From the NCBI GenBank assembly GCA_963777605.1, contig CAVZRV010000029.1, forward strand, positions 192,001 to 256,000: a stretch of DNA of 64,000 nt, given 5' to 3'. Within the stretch, counting starts at the first letter, position 1, and each line of letters starts with the position of its first letter. Made by a program: the position numbers and the translations under genes. The notes beneath the pieces were generated by a model. The model saw only the letters and a program-made list of their open reading frames with translations. It was not told the DNA's origin and searched no databases. Below are positions 38,357-47,798 of the stretch, in pieces. The stretch comes from an uncultured Acidobacteriota bacterium (GTDB taxonomy: Bacteria; Acidobacteriota; UBA6911; RPQK01; JAPXNP01).

Positions 38357-38823
38357 CAGTTTCACTCTCTGAATGATCCGCGGGGGCGGGCTGAACCTGA
38401 AACTTCAACTTGGATAAGTTGAAAGACTTGGACGAATTGGACGCGTCTGGGTCGGGACTGAGGCGATCGGTGGAGAGCCAGGTACGCGATTATCGGCTGG
38501 TTCCTGGTCAGGTGCCACACGTGGATGAGTGATGATCACAGGATCGGCGCCGGGCTGGCCCCTGAAGGGGGCCTGTTTCCAGCCCAGGCATTTGCCTGGG
38601 TTCACGGTCCACCCATTAAGAATCCAGCCCTGACGGGGCTGAACACCTCAACACCGCTTCGGACGAGGTGAATCCGGGGCGCGACCTTACAGGCCGCAAT
38701 CGAAGTGCAGAACCACAGACCCAAGGCAGGGCCTGGGTCTGAAACAAGGCGCCTTCAGCGCCCGGCCCAGTTTCACGCTCTGAATCATCCGCCGCCGCCG
38801 GGGGCGGGGCTGAACCTGAAACT
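38357..38823. repeat. Two copies (38357-38404, 38768-38823) of a ~50-bp intergenic element with AGTTTCA/TGAAACT inverted ends; partial third copy at 55616-55634
   Basis: CAGTTTCACnCTCTGAATnATCCGC...GGGGCGGG(G)CTGAACCTGAAACT seen twice. Confidence 0.75.
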
Positions 38824-38880
38824 CCTGAGACTGGGCCACTGCTTCCGTCTTGGAGACAAGCGCGGACGCTTGTCTCCCCG

Positions 38881-40320
38881 CTACTGCTCCAGCCCAAGTT
38901 CCGAGAGGATCTCCGGGTTCTCCTCTTCCGTGGCCAGAATCGTGTGGCAGCTTTCGCAGTCCTGCTCGATGCTTCTGCCGTCGGAACTGGCGTGGCTCCC
39001 GTCATGACAGCGCATGCAGCCGCCTTCGAAGTTCATGCCGTTGTGATTCAGGTTGACTGGGTGGTAGCCCCAGCCCAGCTGCATGTCCGGAAAGACGTTA
39101 CGGGCGTATATCTGTTCGGCGGCCTCAGCAGCCTGATCGACCTTCTCCTGGTTGGAAGAGTAGTAATCTGCCTGATTGGCCTTGTAATAGTCGATCAGCT
39201 TCGTTTTGACCGCTGTGCTCGACTCCAGGTTGTCACCCACCTCCATGAGTACTTCTTCGGCGGTCTCGCGAATGAACGGAATAGATCTGTCGATTCGGCC
39301 CTCGGCCATGGCGTTATCGACCGCATCACCGGGGAGCTTGAATACGTGGGTAGGACGGTTGTGGCAGTCAATGCAGTCCATCTTGCGAATCTTGCTCCGA
39401 TCCATTGTGGACGCGTCGAAGCCCTCGGCCACGAACTCGGTCTCCTTGTCCCCTTCCCGGATCTGAACCCAGGGGATCACCTGGCGACGCTCATCGGAAG
39501 CGTAGTAATAGGTTTCATGTTTCTTATTGACGTGCCAGCTGTGGATGCCCTGCGCCCGGTCTCCACCTCCGATGTGCATCACAAGGATGCTCTTGAGGGG
39601 GGTGTTCGCCTCGTCGGTCTCGAACCGGTCGATGACGCGGACGCGGTCTCCCGAGAATTTTGCCGGCCAGTGGCAGTTTTCGCAGATGTCCTGGGACGGG
39701 CGAAGGTTCTCAACCGGGGAAGGAATCGGGCGTTCGTAAGTATTGAACGTTACGGCGAAGACCTGTCCCATACCCGACAGCTTCGCACGCACGAACCAAG
39801 GTGCCCCGGGGCCGATGTGGCATTCGACGCAAGCGACCCGAGAGTGGGGCGAGCCCTGGTAGGCCACATATTCGGGCTGCATCACAGTGTGGCAAACCTG
39901 GCCACAAAACTGGGTGGAGTCCATGTAGTGGACACCCTCGTAACTGACAACCCCGACAATCAGCACATTGATGACGGTCAAAAGACCGATCCCCACGGCA
40001 AGGCGTCGTGTCCTCGAACTTCTGAAATCGACAACCGGATAGTAGCCTTCCTCAGCTCGACGCTCTCCCGCCGCGACAGCCGTCTCGTGGCGGCGGTGGA
40101 CCCAGATCCCCACCGGGATCAGCAGGAGTCCTCCCACGAAGATACCGGGTAGGACAAGTAGCGCCATCAAAGCGATGTACGGTGAATTGGCCAACCCGAT
40201 CAGTCCCAGGAGGAGAAAGAGAACCATGGCAACAGCACTGACCGTCGTGATGCTTGCCCCGAACAGGGTGATCCAGTTAGTTCCGAAGAGCCGTAGTAGG
40301 GGCGCCCCAATTTGCCGCAT
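38881..40320 (-). CDS. NapC/NirT-family membrane multiheme cytochrome c, ImcH-like
   Basis: Three N-terminal TM helices; FCGQVCHTVM, SPHSRVACVECHIGPGA, CENCHWP, CIDCHNRPTH, CMRCH, CESCH (6 heme sites). Confidence 0.85.
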   Translation of the reverse strand: MRQIGAPLLRLFGTNWITLFGASITTVSAVAMVLFLLLGLIGLANSPYIALMALLVLPGIFVGGLLLIPVGIWVHRRHETAVAAGERRAEEGYYPVVDFRSSRTRRLAVGIGLLTVINVLIVGVVSYEGVHYMDSTQFCGQVCHTVMQPEYVAYQGSPHSRVACVECHIGPGAPWFVRAKLSGMGQVFAVTFNTYERPIPSPVENLRPSQDICENCHWPAKFSGDRVRVIDRFETDEANTPLKSILVMHIGGGDRAQGIHSWHVNKKHETYYYASDERRQVIPWVQIREGDKETEFVAEGFDASTMDRSKIRKMDCIDCHNRPTHVFKLPGDAVDNAMAEGRIDRSIPFIRETAEEVLMEVGDNLESSTAVKTKLIDYYKANQADYYSSNQEKVDQAAEAAEQIYARNVFPDMQLGWGYHPVNLNHNGMNFEGGCMRCHDGSHASSDGRSIEQDCESCHTILATEEENPEILSELGLEQ

Positions 40321-40478
40321 TTTTGTCCCTATCCTTCCGGTGAAATTGAATCTGAATTTAGGATAACGATCAGAAGTCCCCTATTGTAGGGTGAATCGCC
40401 TCTGGATGCGTGAATACCATCACAATCGCGGCAGTTGAAGGAATGCAGGAATGGTCAGCAGGCTGTTCGAAATTCGGG

Positions 40479-41672
40479 CTATGAGCCCTGGTCAAGAAGG
40501 GTTTCCGAAGCAGCTTTGACTCCGGCCCCGGGTTCAGCCCTGAATCCCTGCTCCCGAAGACCTCCCTCCAGTGCATGGAGGAAACGGAAGATGTTTTCCG
40601 GCCGGGAACTCTCTCCCATCAACCCGACTCGCCAGACCTTCCCCTTGAGGTCTCCCAATCCGCCTCCGATCTCGAGGTTGAACTCGTGCAGGAGGTGGAA
40701 ACGCAAGGCGTTGTCGTCAACTCCGTTGGGAATAACGACCGTATTCAGTGTCCAGAGACGGTGGTCGGGATCGACGAGCATTTCCAGGCCCATAGCCTCC
40801 AGTCCCTTGACCAGGGCGAGATGATGGCGGTGGTGCCGGATCCACCTTGATTCGAGGCCTTCCTCGAAAATGAGATTCAATGCCTCATTAAGAGCGTAGT
40901 TCATTGATATCGGTGCGGTGTGATGGTAGGACCGGTCGGCTCCCCAGTAGTTCCGAACCAGGTTGAGATCCAGATACCAGGACTGACAGGGTTTGGCCCG
41001 TTTCTCCAGAGTCTCAAGTGCCCGCCTGGAGACCGTAATCGGAGCCAGGCCGGGGGGGCAGCTCAGGCACTTCTGAGTGCCGCTGTAACAGATGTCGATG
41101 CCCCATTCGTCGACCATGACGGGATGGCCTGCCAGCGAGGTCACGCAGTCGACCAGCAGAAGGGCGCCGACTTCGTCACAGATCTCCCGAATCGGCTCGA
41201 TTGGCTGAAGGACTCCCGTCGAAGTCTCTGCGTGCACCACAGCGATTACCTTCGGTCTGGTCCGGAGGGCTTCGCGCCGGAGTGCAGCGAGATCCGGTGC
41301 CTGCCCAAAGGGTACGGAAACGGAACTACAGTTCGCTCCGGCGCGCCGCATCTCCTCAACCAGGCGGAGGCCAAAGACACCATTCACGCAGACCAGAGTG
41401 GGGTCCTCCTCCTCCACGAAGTTGACTACCGCAGCCTCCATCCCGGCACTGCCAGTCCCCGAGACCGGAATCGTCAACTGATTCGTAGTGCCGAAGAGAG
41501 CACGCAACTGTGCCTGAATCCGATTCATCAGTTCCAGGAATTCGGGATCCAGATGTCCCACCATGGGCTGGGCCATGGCCGCCAAAACCCGAGGTGAAAC
41601 ATTGGATGGCCCGGGGCCCATAAGGAGTCGTTCAGAGGGACGGAAACTGCTGGTCAAGTCGGTTGAACTCAT
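40479..41672 (-). CDS. Alanine-glyoxylate/serine-pyruvate aminotransferase (class V PLP)
   Basis: [33 protein letters not shown]. Confidence 0.93.
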   Translation of the reverse strand: MSSTDLTSSFRPSERLLMGPGPSNVSPRVLAAMAQPMVGHLDPEFLELMNRIQAQLRALFGTTNQLTIPVSGTGSAGMEAAVVNFVEEEDPTLVCVNGVFGLRLVEEMRRAGANCSSVSVPFGQAPDLAALRREALRTRPKVIAVVHAETSTGVLQPIEPIREICDEVGALLLVDCVTSLAGHPVMVDEWGIDICYSGTQKCLSCPPGLAPITVSRRALETLEKRAKPCQSWYLDLNLVRNYWGADRSYHHTAPISMNYALNEALNLIFEEGLESRWIRHHRHHLALVKGLEAMGLEMLVDPDHRLWTLNTVVIPNGVDDNALRFHLLHEFNLEIGGGLGDLKGKVWRVGLMGESSRPENIFRFLHALEGGLREQGFRAEPGAGVKAASETLLDQGS

Positions 41673-41797
41673 ACCGCAGATATATCAGGTTCCCGCCCCG
41701 GGATACAGAGGTCAGCACCGAGACCCGAGTTGCTTTTGCGCTAAAACAGTGGCAACGTATGCATTGGGACGAGCCCAAGGGGTCCCAGGGAGATCGT

Positions 41798-42697
41798 ATG
41801 CAGGTCCGGAAGATCCTTTATCCCACTGACTTTTCGGGTGCTTCGCAGCCGGCGCTGCGCCATGCCATGGAGCTTTGCCGCCGGTTCAACGCGCAACTTG
41901 TTTTGACCCACGTGCGGACGCCTTTTTCGGACGATCCCAATCGCCCGGAATACCACTTCATAGACGAGGGCCGGTACGCGGCTTTCATCGAATCCGAACT
42001 GAAGAAGGCCGCTGAAGGACTCCCCGATGACTTCCGGATCAGCACGGTAATTGGACGGGACGTTTCTCCCGCCAATGGTATTCTGCGAGTGGCGGGAGAG
42101 CAGAACGTGGATATGATCGCCATGGGGACTCACGGGCGGTCTGGGCTCGGGCACTTCTTCCTGGGAAGCGTTGCCGAGCGGGTCGTCCGTCACGCCAAGG
42201 TTCCCGTGCTCACCGTCGCGTCCAAGCGGGATCGCTATCGTGACGATCCCCTCTACCGGACCATCCTGGCAACTTACGATTTCTCGGTTCACTCGAATGA
42301 AGCCGTGATTCGGGCCCGCGACCTGGCTGACGCGTATGGCGCCAGGTTGCTGGTTCTCTACGTCATCGAACAGGAGATTCACCCCGGATACTACGAAGTC
42401 TGGAAGGTCTCGGTGCGCAAGGAAATGCCGGAAATCCAGCAGGAGGCGCGCAAGTCACTGGAGAAAATATTGGGGGAGGTTCCGGTGAAGGATGCCGAAC
42501 TCCACGTGGAAGTAGGAGAAGGAGACGGCCGGGTCCACCGGGATATCAGGCGATTCGCCCAGACCCACGATGTAGACCTGATTGTGATGGGGACCTACGG
42601 TCTGTCCGGCATTGAGCACATGCTGCTTGGGAGTACCACCGAGAGAATGCTCAGGATTGCCCATTGCCCGGTGATGACGTTTCACCTGCAGCGCTGA
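41798..42697 (+). CDS. Tandem universal stress protein
   Basis: ILYPTDFS, MGTHGRSG..LGSVAE and second MGTYGLSG..LGSTTE. Confidence 0.93.
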   Translation: MQVRKILYPTDFSGASQPALRHAMELCRRFNAQLVLTHVRTPFSDDPNRPEYHFIDEGRYAAFIESELKKAAEGLPDDFRISTVIGRDVSPANGILRVAGEQNVDMIAMGTHGRSGLGHFFLGSVAERVVRHAKVPVLTVASKRDRYRDDPLYRTILATYDFSVHSNEAVIRARDLADAYGARLLVLYVIEQEIHPGYYEVWKVSVRKEMPEIQQEARKSLEKILGEVPVKDAELHVEVGEGDGRVHRDIRRFAQTHDVDLIVMGTYGLSGIEHMLLGSTTERMLRIAHCPVMTFHLQR

Positions 42698-42730
42698 CCG
42701 GGCAGACCGAGGCTTTCTTGATGACCGAAC

Positions 42731-42754
42731 GGTTTTGATCACCTGATCAAAATC
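42731..42754. terminator. Palindrome between convergent usp and dksA-like genes
   Basis: TTTTGATC-ACCT-GATCAAAA. Confidence 0.5.
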
Positions 42755-42763
42755 AACCGGTCG

Positions 42764-43117
42764 TCAGCGATCGGATTCCAGGCGTTTCTGGCAATTGATG
42801 CACAATCGGACCATCGGCAGAGCACGGAGTCGCGGAAGGCCGATTTCGGATTCACAGCGGTCACATGTCCCGTATGTTTCATCGTCCATCTTCAAGAGTG
42901 CCGCGTCTATGTCCTTGAGTTCCTTGCGCTCCTGCAGGTCCAACGCCTTGAGGCTGTTGGCTGCCGCTTCTTCCTGGGCCTCTTCCGAGAATTCCGGCGG
43001 CCGGCTCTCGTCAAGCGCCAGCAGCGCCTGCCCAAAACTGTCGAGTTGCCCCACTATGTGTTTGCGCCGCTGAAACAGCTTCTCGCGGAGTTCCTCTACC
43101 GTCTTATGGTCGATCAT
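42764..43117 (-). CDS. TraR/DksA C4 zinc-finger protein
   Basis: YGTCDRC..I...RL.ALP....CINC. Confidence 0.9.
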   Translation of the reverse strand: MIDHKTVEELREKLFQRRKHIVGQLDSFGQALLALDESRPPEFSEEAQEEAAANSLKALDLQERKELKDIDAALLKMDDETYGTCDRCESEIGLPRLRALPMVRLCINCQKRLESDR

Positions 43118-43226
43118 CCATTGCACTCCTTGATTGTGATCCTCGGGTTAACCGTTTGATATAGGACGATAAGTCTAGCAGAGAATGTTTACTCAAGCGG
43201 CATAGAAGGAACTTGTGCTTGCCTAC

Positions 43227-44606
43227 TTAGTCGGCGCCCTTCCGGATTCCGTACTTCTTCATCTTGTAGCGCAGTGTATCCCGGGTGATGGACAGAAGGC
43301 GAGAGGCTTTGCTCTGGTTCCCACCAGCCTTGTTGAGGGCTTGTTCGATCAACTGCCGCTCGACGTCGTAAAGGTTGACGCCCCCGTCGGGAATCCGGAC
43401 GGCTCCGAGTTCCGACGTCTTGGACTCACCCTTGTACTCGGAAATTCTCAGCGGGAAGAGTTCCAGCGTGAGGAGACCCTCGTCTTGCAGGATCATCGCA
43501 CGTTCAATGGCGTTTCTGAGTTCGCGGACGTTGCCCGGCCAGGAGTAATTCTCCAGCGCCTTCTGGGCCTGGTCGGTGAGTCCGAGAACGGTCTTGTTGA
43601 AGCGCTGATTGTAGAAATCAACGAAGTGCCTGATCAAAACCGTGAGGTCCTCCCGCCGCTCCCGGAGCGGAGCCAGGGTAATCGGAATGACCGACAGCCG
43701 GTAAAACAGGTCCTCGCGGAACTCCTTCGACTGGGCCATCTTCTCGATGTCTTTATTGCTGGCGCAGATCACGCGGACGTCAACGTGGATGTCCTTGACG
43801 CCGCCGATGCGACGAAAAGTCTGGTCTTCCAGAACGCGCAGCAGCTTGGCTTGGAGATTGAGCGCCATCTCGCTAATCTCGTCAAAGAAGATGGAACCGC
43901 CGTCGGCGAGTTCGAATAGCCCCTTCTTCATCGCCTTGGCGTCCGTGAACGCGCCCCGTTCGTGACCGAACAGTTCACTCTCGAGGAGGTGTTCAGGAAT
44001 TGCCGCGCAGTTGAGGATCATGAAGGGCTGGCGATTGCGATTGCTCTCGTAGTGGAGGGCCTTGGCCACCAGGTCTTTTCCCGTACCGCTCTCACCCTGC
44101 ACGAGGATTGTGTTGGCTTCGCTGACGGCCACCTTGCGGACGAGTTGCTTCACCGACTGGATGACCTGTGACACACCAATGATACTGTCCAGCGAGTAGG
44201 AACTCTTCTGCTCCTTCTTGGTTCGGTCGATCTGTTCCCTGAGCGAACTCGTTTCGATCGCATTCTGAAGTGAGTGAAGCAATCGATCGAAGTTGATCGG
44301 CTTTTCCAGATAGTCGTAAGCGCCGATCTTGAGTGCCTTGACGGCATCCTCGACTGCTCCGTAGGCGGTGATCATCACGATCGGCGTGTTGGGGAAAAGC
44401 TTCTTGAGTTCCAGGAGGAGTTTCAGTCCGCTGCCGTCGGGCAGGCGGACATCGAGGGTGACCAGTTCGGGAAGGTTCTCCTGAAAGAGGGTCAGCGCGC
44501 TTTCGCAGGAATCCGCTTCGAGGACCGAGTAGCCGGCCGCTTCCAGTTTCTGCCGAATGGACCAGCGTACGAGCTTCTCGTCATCGACGACCAGGACAGT
44601 TTTCAT
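43227..44606 (-). CDS. Sigma54-dependent response regulator
   Basis: REC domain, GESGTGKD, GAFTDA, WPGNVRE, Fis HTH. Confidence 0.95.
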   Translation of the reverse strand: MKTVLVVDDEKLVRWSIRQKLEAAGYSVLEADSCESALTLFQENLPELVTLDVRLPDGSGLKLLLELKKLFPNTPIVMITAYGAVEDAVKALKIGAYDYLEKPINFDRLLHSLQNAIETSSLREQIDRTKKEQKSSYSLDSIIGVSQVIQSVKQLVRKVAVSEANTILVQGESGTGKDLVAKALHYESNRNRQPFMILNCAAIPEHLLESELFGHERGAFTDAKAMKKGLFELADGGSIFFDEISEMALNLQAKLLRVLEDQTFRRIGGVKDIHVDVRVICASNKDIEKMAQSKEFREDLFYRLSVIPITLAPLRERREDLTVLIRHFVDFYNQRFNKTVLGLTDQAQKALENYSWPGNVRELRNAIERAMILQDEGLLTLELFPLRISEYKGESKTSELGAVRIPDGGVNLYDVERQLIEQALNKAGGNQSKASRLLSITRDTLRYKMKKYGIRKGAD

Positions 44607-44757
44607 GCTGAATTTTCCATTGATCCATGATGGATGTGAGCGGGAGACGCGATCGAATCAAGGTCTTTGAGCGATCCCGCACCATCCAAATCTGCCGGAT
44701 CATCTCAATCGTCCGGCACCCTAATTGATGTGCTGTTACGTACGGCTTAATCACTTT

Positions 44758-44773
44758 AGCAATTTCGGTGCCG
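44758..44773 (-). promoter_or_regulatory. Putative sigma54 promoter upstream of the response regulator
   Basis: Minus strand CGGCACCGAAATTGCT. Confidence 0.7.
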
Positions 44774-44938
44774 GAAGCGTTCCACCACGGTCAAACCGGC
44801 CCGGCAGGCCCGAGAAAATGTGGATCGGCGGGTGATAATCGTCCCCGACGGCGTTAATCACCCGCCCGCGCCAGTTGCCTCTTGGTGGAACAGGTGAAGC
44901 TGAAAGCAATGAGTGGGGCAAATCCCCCAGCGGCCCAT

Positions 44939-46456
44939 CTATTGTCCTGGCGGCAACACTTCAGGATAGGTTTCGCAACGATCTGGCAAGTCCCGGACTG
45001 TCTCCGGTGACTTCCCGCGCAGGTTGATTTCAGGTACCCGCACAGTAACGGTTGTACCCCGGTTGCGTATACTCGACAGCGAAATGGAACCCCCGTGAGC
45101 ATCCAGAATCTTCTTGCAGATTGCCAACCCGAGCCCGGTGCCCCGGTTCTTGGTGGTGAAGAAGGGTCGAAACACGTCACGAAGCAGTTCCTCCGGTACG
45201 CCGTCGCCCGAGTCTCGGATCACAACCTCGACGAAGCCCCTCGGTTCGCGATAGTCGAACCGGATCTCGCCGGCGCCCCCCATGGCTTCCTTGGCATTGT
45301 CCAGGACGTTCCAGAGTACCTTCTCGAAGAGCCAGGGATCGACCCGTGCCTGCTTCTGAGCCGAAGTTCCAAACCTGAATTTCAAGTGAGGAAGATCCTT
45401 GTGCTCCTGGTAGCCTCGAGCCACCCGTTCCACGATTTCATGCAGGTCGCAGGCCTGGAAATCGGGGTTCCATGGGCGGGAGAATGCGAGCAGGTCCCGA
45501 ACTGTGTTGTCGAGGCGCCGAACCTCCGTGAGAATGTCTTCCATCACCTGGCGGCGGGGATCCTCCGAGTCCAGGGTGTCCTTCAGAATCTCGATCGCTC
45601 CACTGATCCCGGCCAGGGGATTCTTGATCTCGTGCGCGACCGACGCTGCCATTTCGCCGATTGCCGCCAGTTTCTGGGCCTGGATGATCCCATCCTGGAG
45701 TTTCTTGAACTCGGTCAGGTCACGGACGACGCCGGTGAACATCTTTCGGCCATGCACGGTGAAATCACTGACCGCCAGGTAGAGGGGAAAGGTGGATCCG
45801 TCCCTTCTGCGTCCGACAACCTCCCGTCCTCGGCCAATGATGTGAGTCTCGCGCGTTCTCAGAAAGTGGTCGATGTAGGCCGGGTGATGGCCCCGGTACG
45901 GGTCAGGCATGAGAATGTTGACCGCTTTCCCAATGATCTCGTCGGGGTCGTAGCCGAAAATCCGGACGGCTGCCGGGTTGAAGGTAAGGATGTGCCCGGC
46001 TTCATCGATCGTGATGATGCCGTCCACACAGGTTTCCAGGATCGCGCGAAGAGTGGTCTCACTTTCGACCAGGGCCTTCTTGGTCTCCCGTTGGACCGTG
46101 ACGTCTTCACCGGTGCTGAGGATTTCGTGCACCTGTCCCTGGTCGTCGCGGATCAAGGTGTTTCGCCAGGCGATCAGTTTCTCTTTCCCGGTCGCGGTAT
46201 TTACGGGGTTCTCGGCAAACTCCCCCAAAGAGGTTTCCCCGTCACGAAGTCCCTGGAACACCTGGACGACCGACTCGCGGACCGAGAGGGGGACGAAGTC
46301 GCTGAACCAGTTTCTGCCCATGACCACTGATTCGTCGCATTCCAGGACTTCGCATCCCTTGTGGTTGATGAACCTGACTTCTCCATCCGTTCCCAGAACC
46401 AGAATGATGACGTTGGCCTGGTCAAGATACTGTCGAACCGACGAATTTTGTCGCAT
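44939..46456 (-). CDS. Cytoplasmic two-PAS histidine kinase with a FixL-like heme PAS domain
   Basis: VNILMPDPYRGHHPAYIDHFLRT..HIIGRGREV.GRRRDGSTFP; AHEIKNPL, GTGLGL. Confidence 0.9.
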   Translation of the reverse strand: MRQNSSVRQYLDQANVIILVLGTDGEVRFINHKGCEVLECDESVVMGRNWFSDFVPLSVRESVVQVFQGLRDGETSLGEFAENPVNTATGKEKLIAWRNTLIRDDQGQVHEILSTGEDVTVQRETKKALVESETTLRAILETCVDGIITIDEAGHILTFNPAAVRIFGYDPDEIIGKAVNILMPDPYRGHHPAYIDHFLRTRETHIIGRGREVVGRRRDGSTFPLYLAVSDFTVHGRKMFTGVVRDLTEFKKLQDGIIQAQKLAAIGEMAASVAHEIKNPLAGISGAIEILKDTLDSEDPRRQVMEDILTEVRRLDNTVRDLLAFSRPWNPDFQACDLHEIVERVARGYQEHKDLPHLKFRFGTSAQKQARVDPWLFEKVLWNVLDNAKEAMGGAGEIRFDYREPRGFVEVVIRDSGDGVPEELLRDVFRPFFTTKNRGTGLGLAICKKILDAHGGSISLSSIRNRGTTVTVRVPEINLRGKSPETVRDLPDRCETYPEVLPPGQ

Positions 46457-46531
46457 AGAGTTCGCTCCCCGAAGGTGCGGCAGGGATGAAACGTGTTGTT
46501 TTCAACTCACTCTAACAGATTTGCAGGCGCC

Positions 46532-47722
46532 TCAGTGCCTGATCCGCCAGTCGTTCCGCTCCACCGGACCGGGATTGTCGAAGCGGAACGAACTGAAGAC
46601 CAGTCCCGAGACCGAAGGGTGATCGAGTAGTCGGCTCTCTTCCGCGGGGTCTCGCTCCTTCCACTGCCGGGACAGGAACAGGCGGGCCATTGTTCCCTCC
46701 AGTAACGGACCGTAGTCGCGGTCCAGGCTGACTGTGAGCTCGGGCATTTCGAGCCCGTCAAGGTAATTCTGCAAGTAGCCGTACCCGCGGTGCATGGGCC
46801 AGAGGGAATGCCACATGGACGGACACTGGGAGGAGTTCTGATCGATGATCAAGTCGTCGACAAGACCCTGACGGAGCCAACTTCGCCAGTCGAGCGTCTG
46901 GTTTCCCATCGGAGGCCCGATGACGTCTCCCCTCGGGACCCCGACGGCCAACCGGACGTGCCGCGAGGCCAGACTCTCTCGCAGGTCGGCCAGAAAGCGG
47001 GTCAGAAACTCTCCCCGGAGATTCCGCCAGGCCTTGAGGTGGAAGTCGGTCTCCAGGATGTCGGTTTCATAACGCATTTCAAAGGCGTCCCGCAACGCTT
47101 CATTGAAGCCGAACTGGTCGCCAAAGTAAGCCGGTTTTGACTGGGAGCGCAGGCAGACAAACAGTCCGTCAAACGGGTAACCCTCCAGTAGCCTGGTAAA
47201 CAGGCTGATGAAGTGGTTCCGAACTTCCGGGTATGCCAGGGATAAAACTCCCCACTGACGCTCCCGACCGGTCCGGTCCACGACCGCGTACTCCGGATTG
47301 TCGCGGCTGAAACGGCTCTGGAAGCTTAGGTGCCGGCCGTGCATCGCGTTGTGGTAACTGATTTCCCGGATTGTCGCGTCGGCCAGCGGCCAGCCTTCGT
47401 CGAAGAGCGTGACATAGAGGTAGGCCGCAACCCGGTGGGCATGGCATAATCGGCAGACTTCCGCGAAATCGTCCCAGCAGGTAGCGGGATTCCCACCTTG
47501 AACCGGAGGTTGGTCTCCCGAATAGAAATAGCCGTCCAGCCGCGATCTCAATTCACGCCAGAGCACGATTCCTGCGGCAAGTTCTTCCTTCCAGGTTGTG
47601 AGACGCCGCTCAAGCGCTCCAGGGTCGGCGAGGCGTCCATCCCCTTCTCCGAATTGCAGGTGATCTCCCCATGAGACGCTGACGACGTTGCGGCTGGTTA
47701 GGTTGCCCATCTGCTCGGACAT
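46532..47722 (-). CDS. Hypothetical protein, possible glycoside-hydrolase-like TIM barrel
   Basis: LSLAYPEVR..F......GYPFDGL and DWRSWLRQGLVD resemble DUF187/GHL10-like proteins. Confidence 0.55.
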   Translation of the reverse strand: MSEQMGNLTSRNVVSVSWGDHLQFGEGDGRLADPGALERRLTTWKEELAAGIVLWRELRSRLDGYFYSGDQPPVQGGNPATCWDDFAEVCRLCHAHRVAAYLYVTLFDEGWPLADATIREISYHNAMHGRHLSFQSRFSRDNPEYAVVDRTGRERQWGVLSLAYPEVRNHFISLFTRLLEGYPFDGLFVCLRSQSKPAYFGDQFGFNEALRDAFEMRYETDILETDFHLKAWRNLRGEFLTRFLADLRESLASRHVRLAVGVPRGDVIGPPMGNQTLDWRSWLRQGLVDDLIIDQNSSQCPSMWHSLWPMHRGYGYLQNYLDGLEMPELTVSLDRDYGPLLEGTMARLFLSRQWKERDPAEESRLLDHPSVSGLVFSSFRFDNPGPVERNDWRIRH

Positions 47723-47798
47723 CACTTCAATCTCCGAGTAACAGCCGGGAATCGGGCGCCGCGAAACCTCAGGCTTTAGTTCCGCGCGGAGGCGGAGC

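Noticed and set aside
42735-42750. FNR box (TTGAT...ATCAA)
   Set aside because: Spacer is 6 nt rather than 4 and it lies between convergent gene ends
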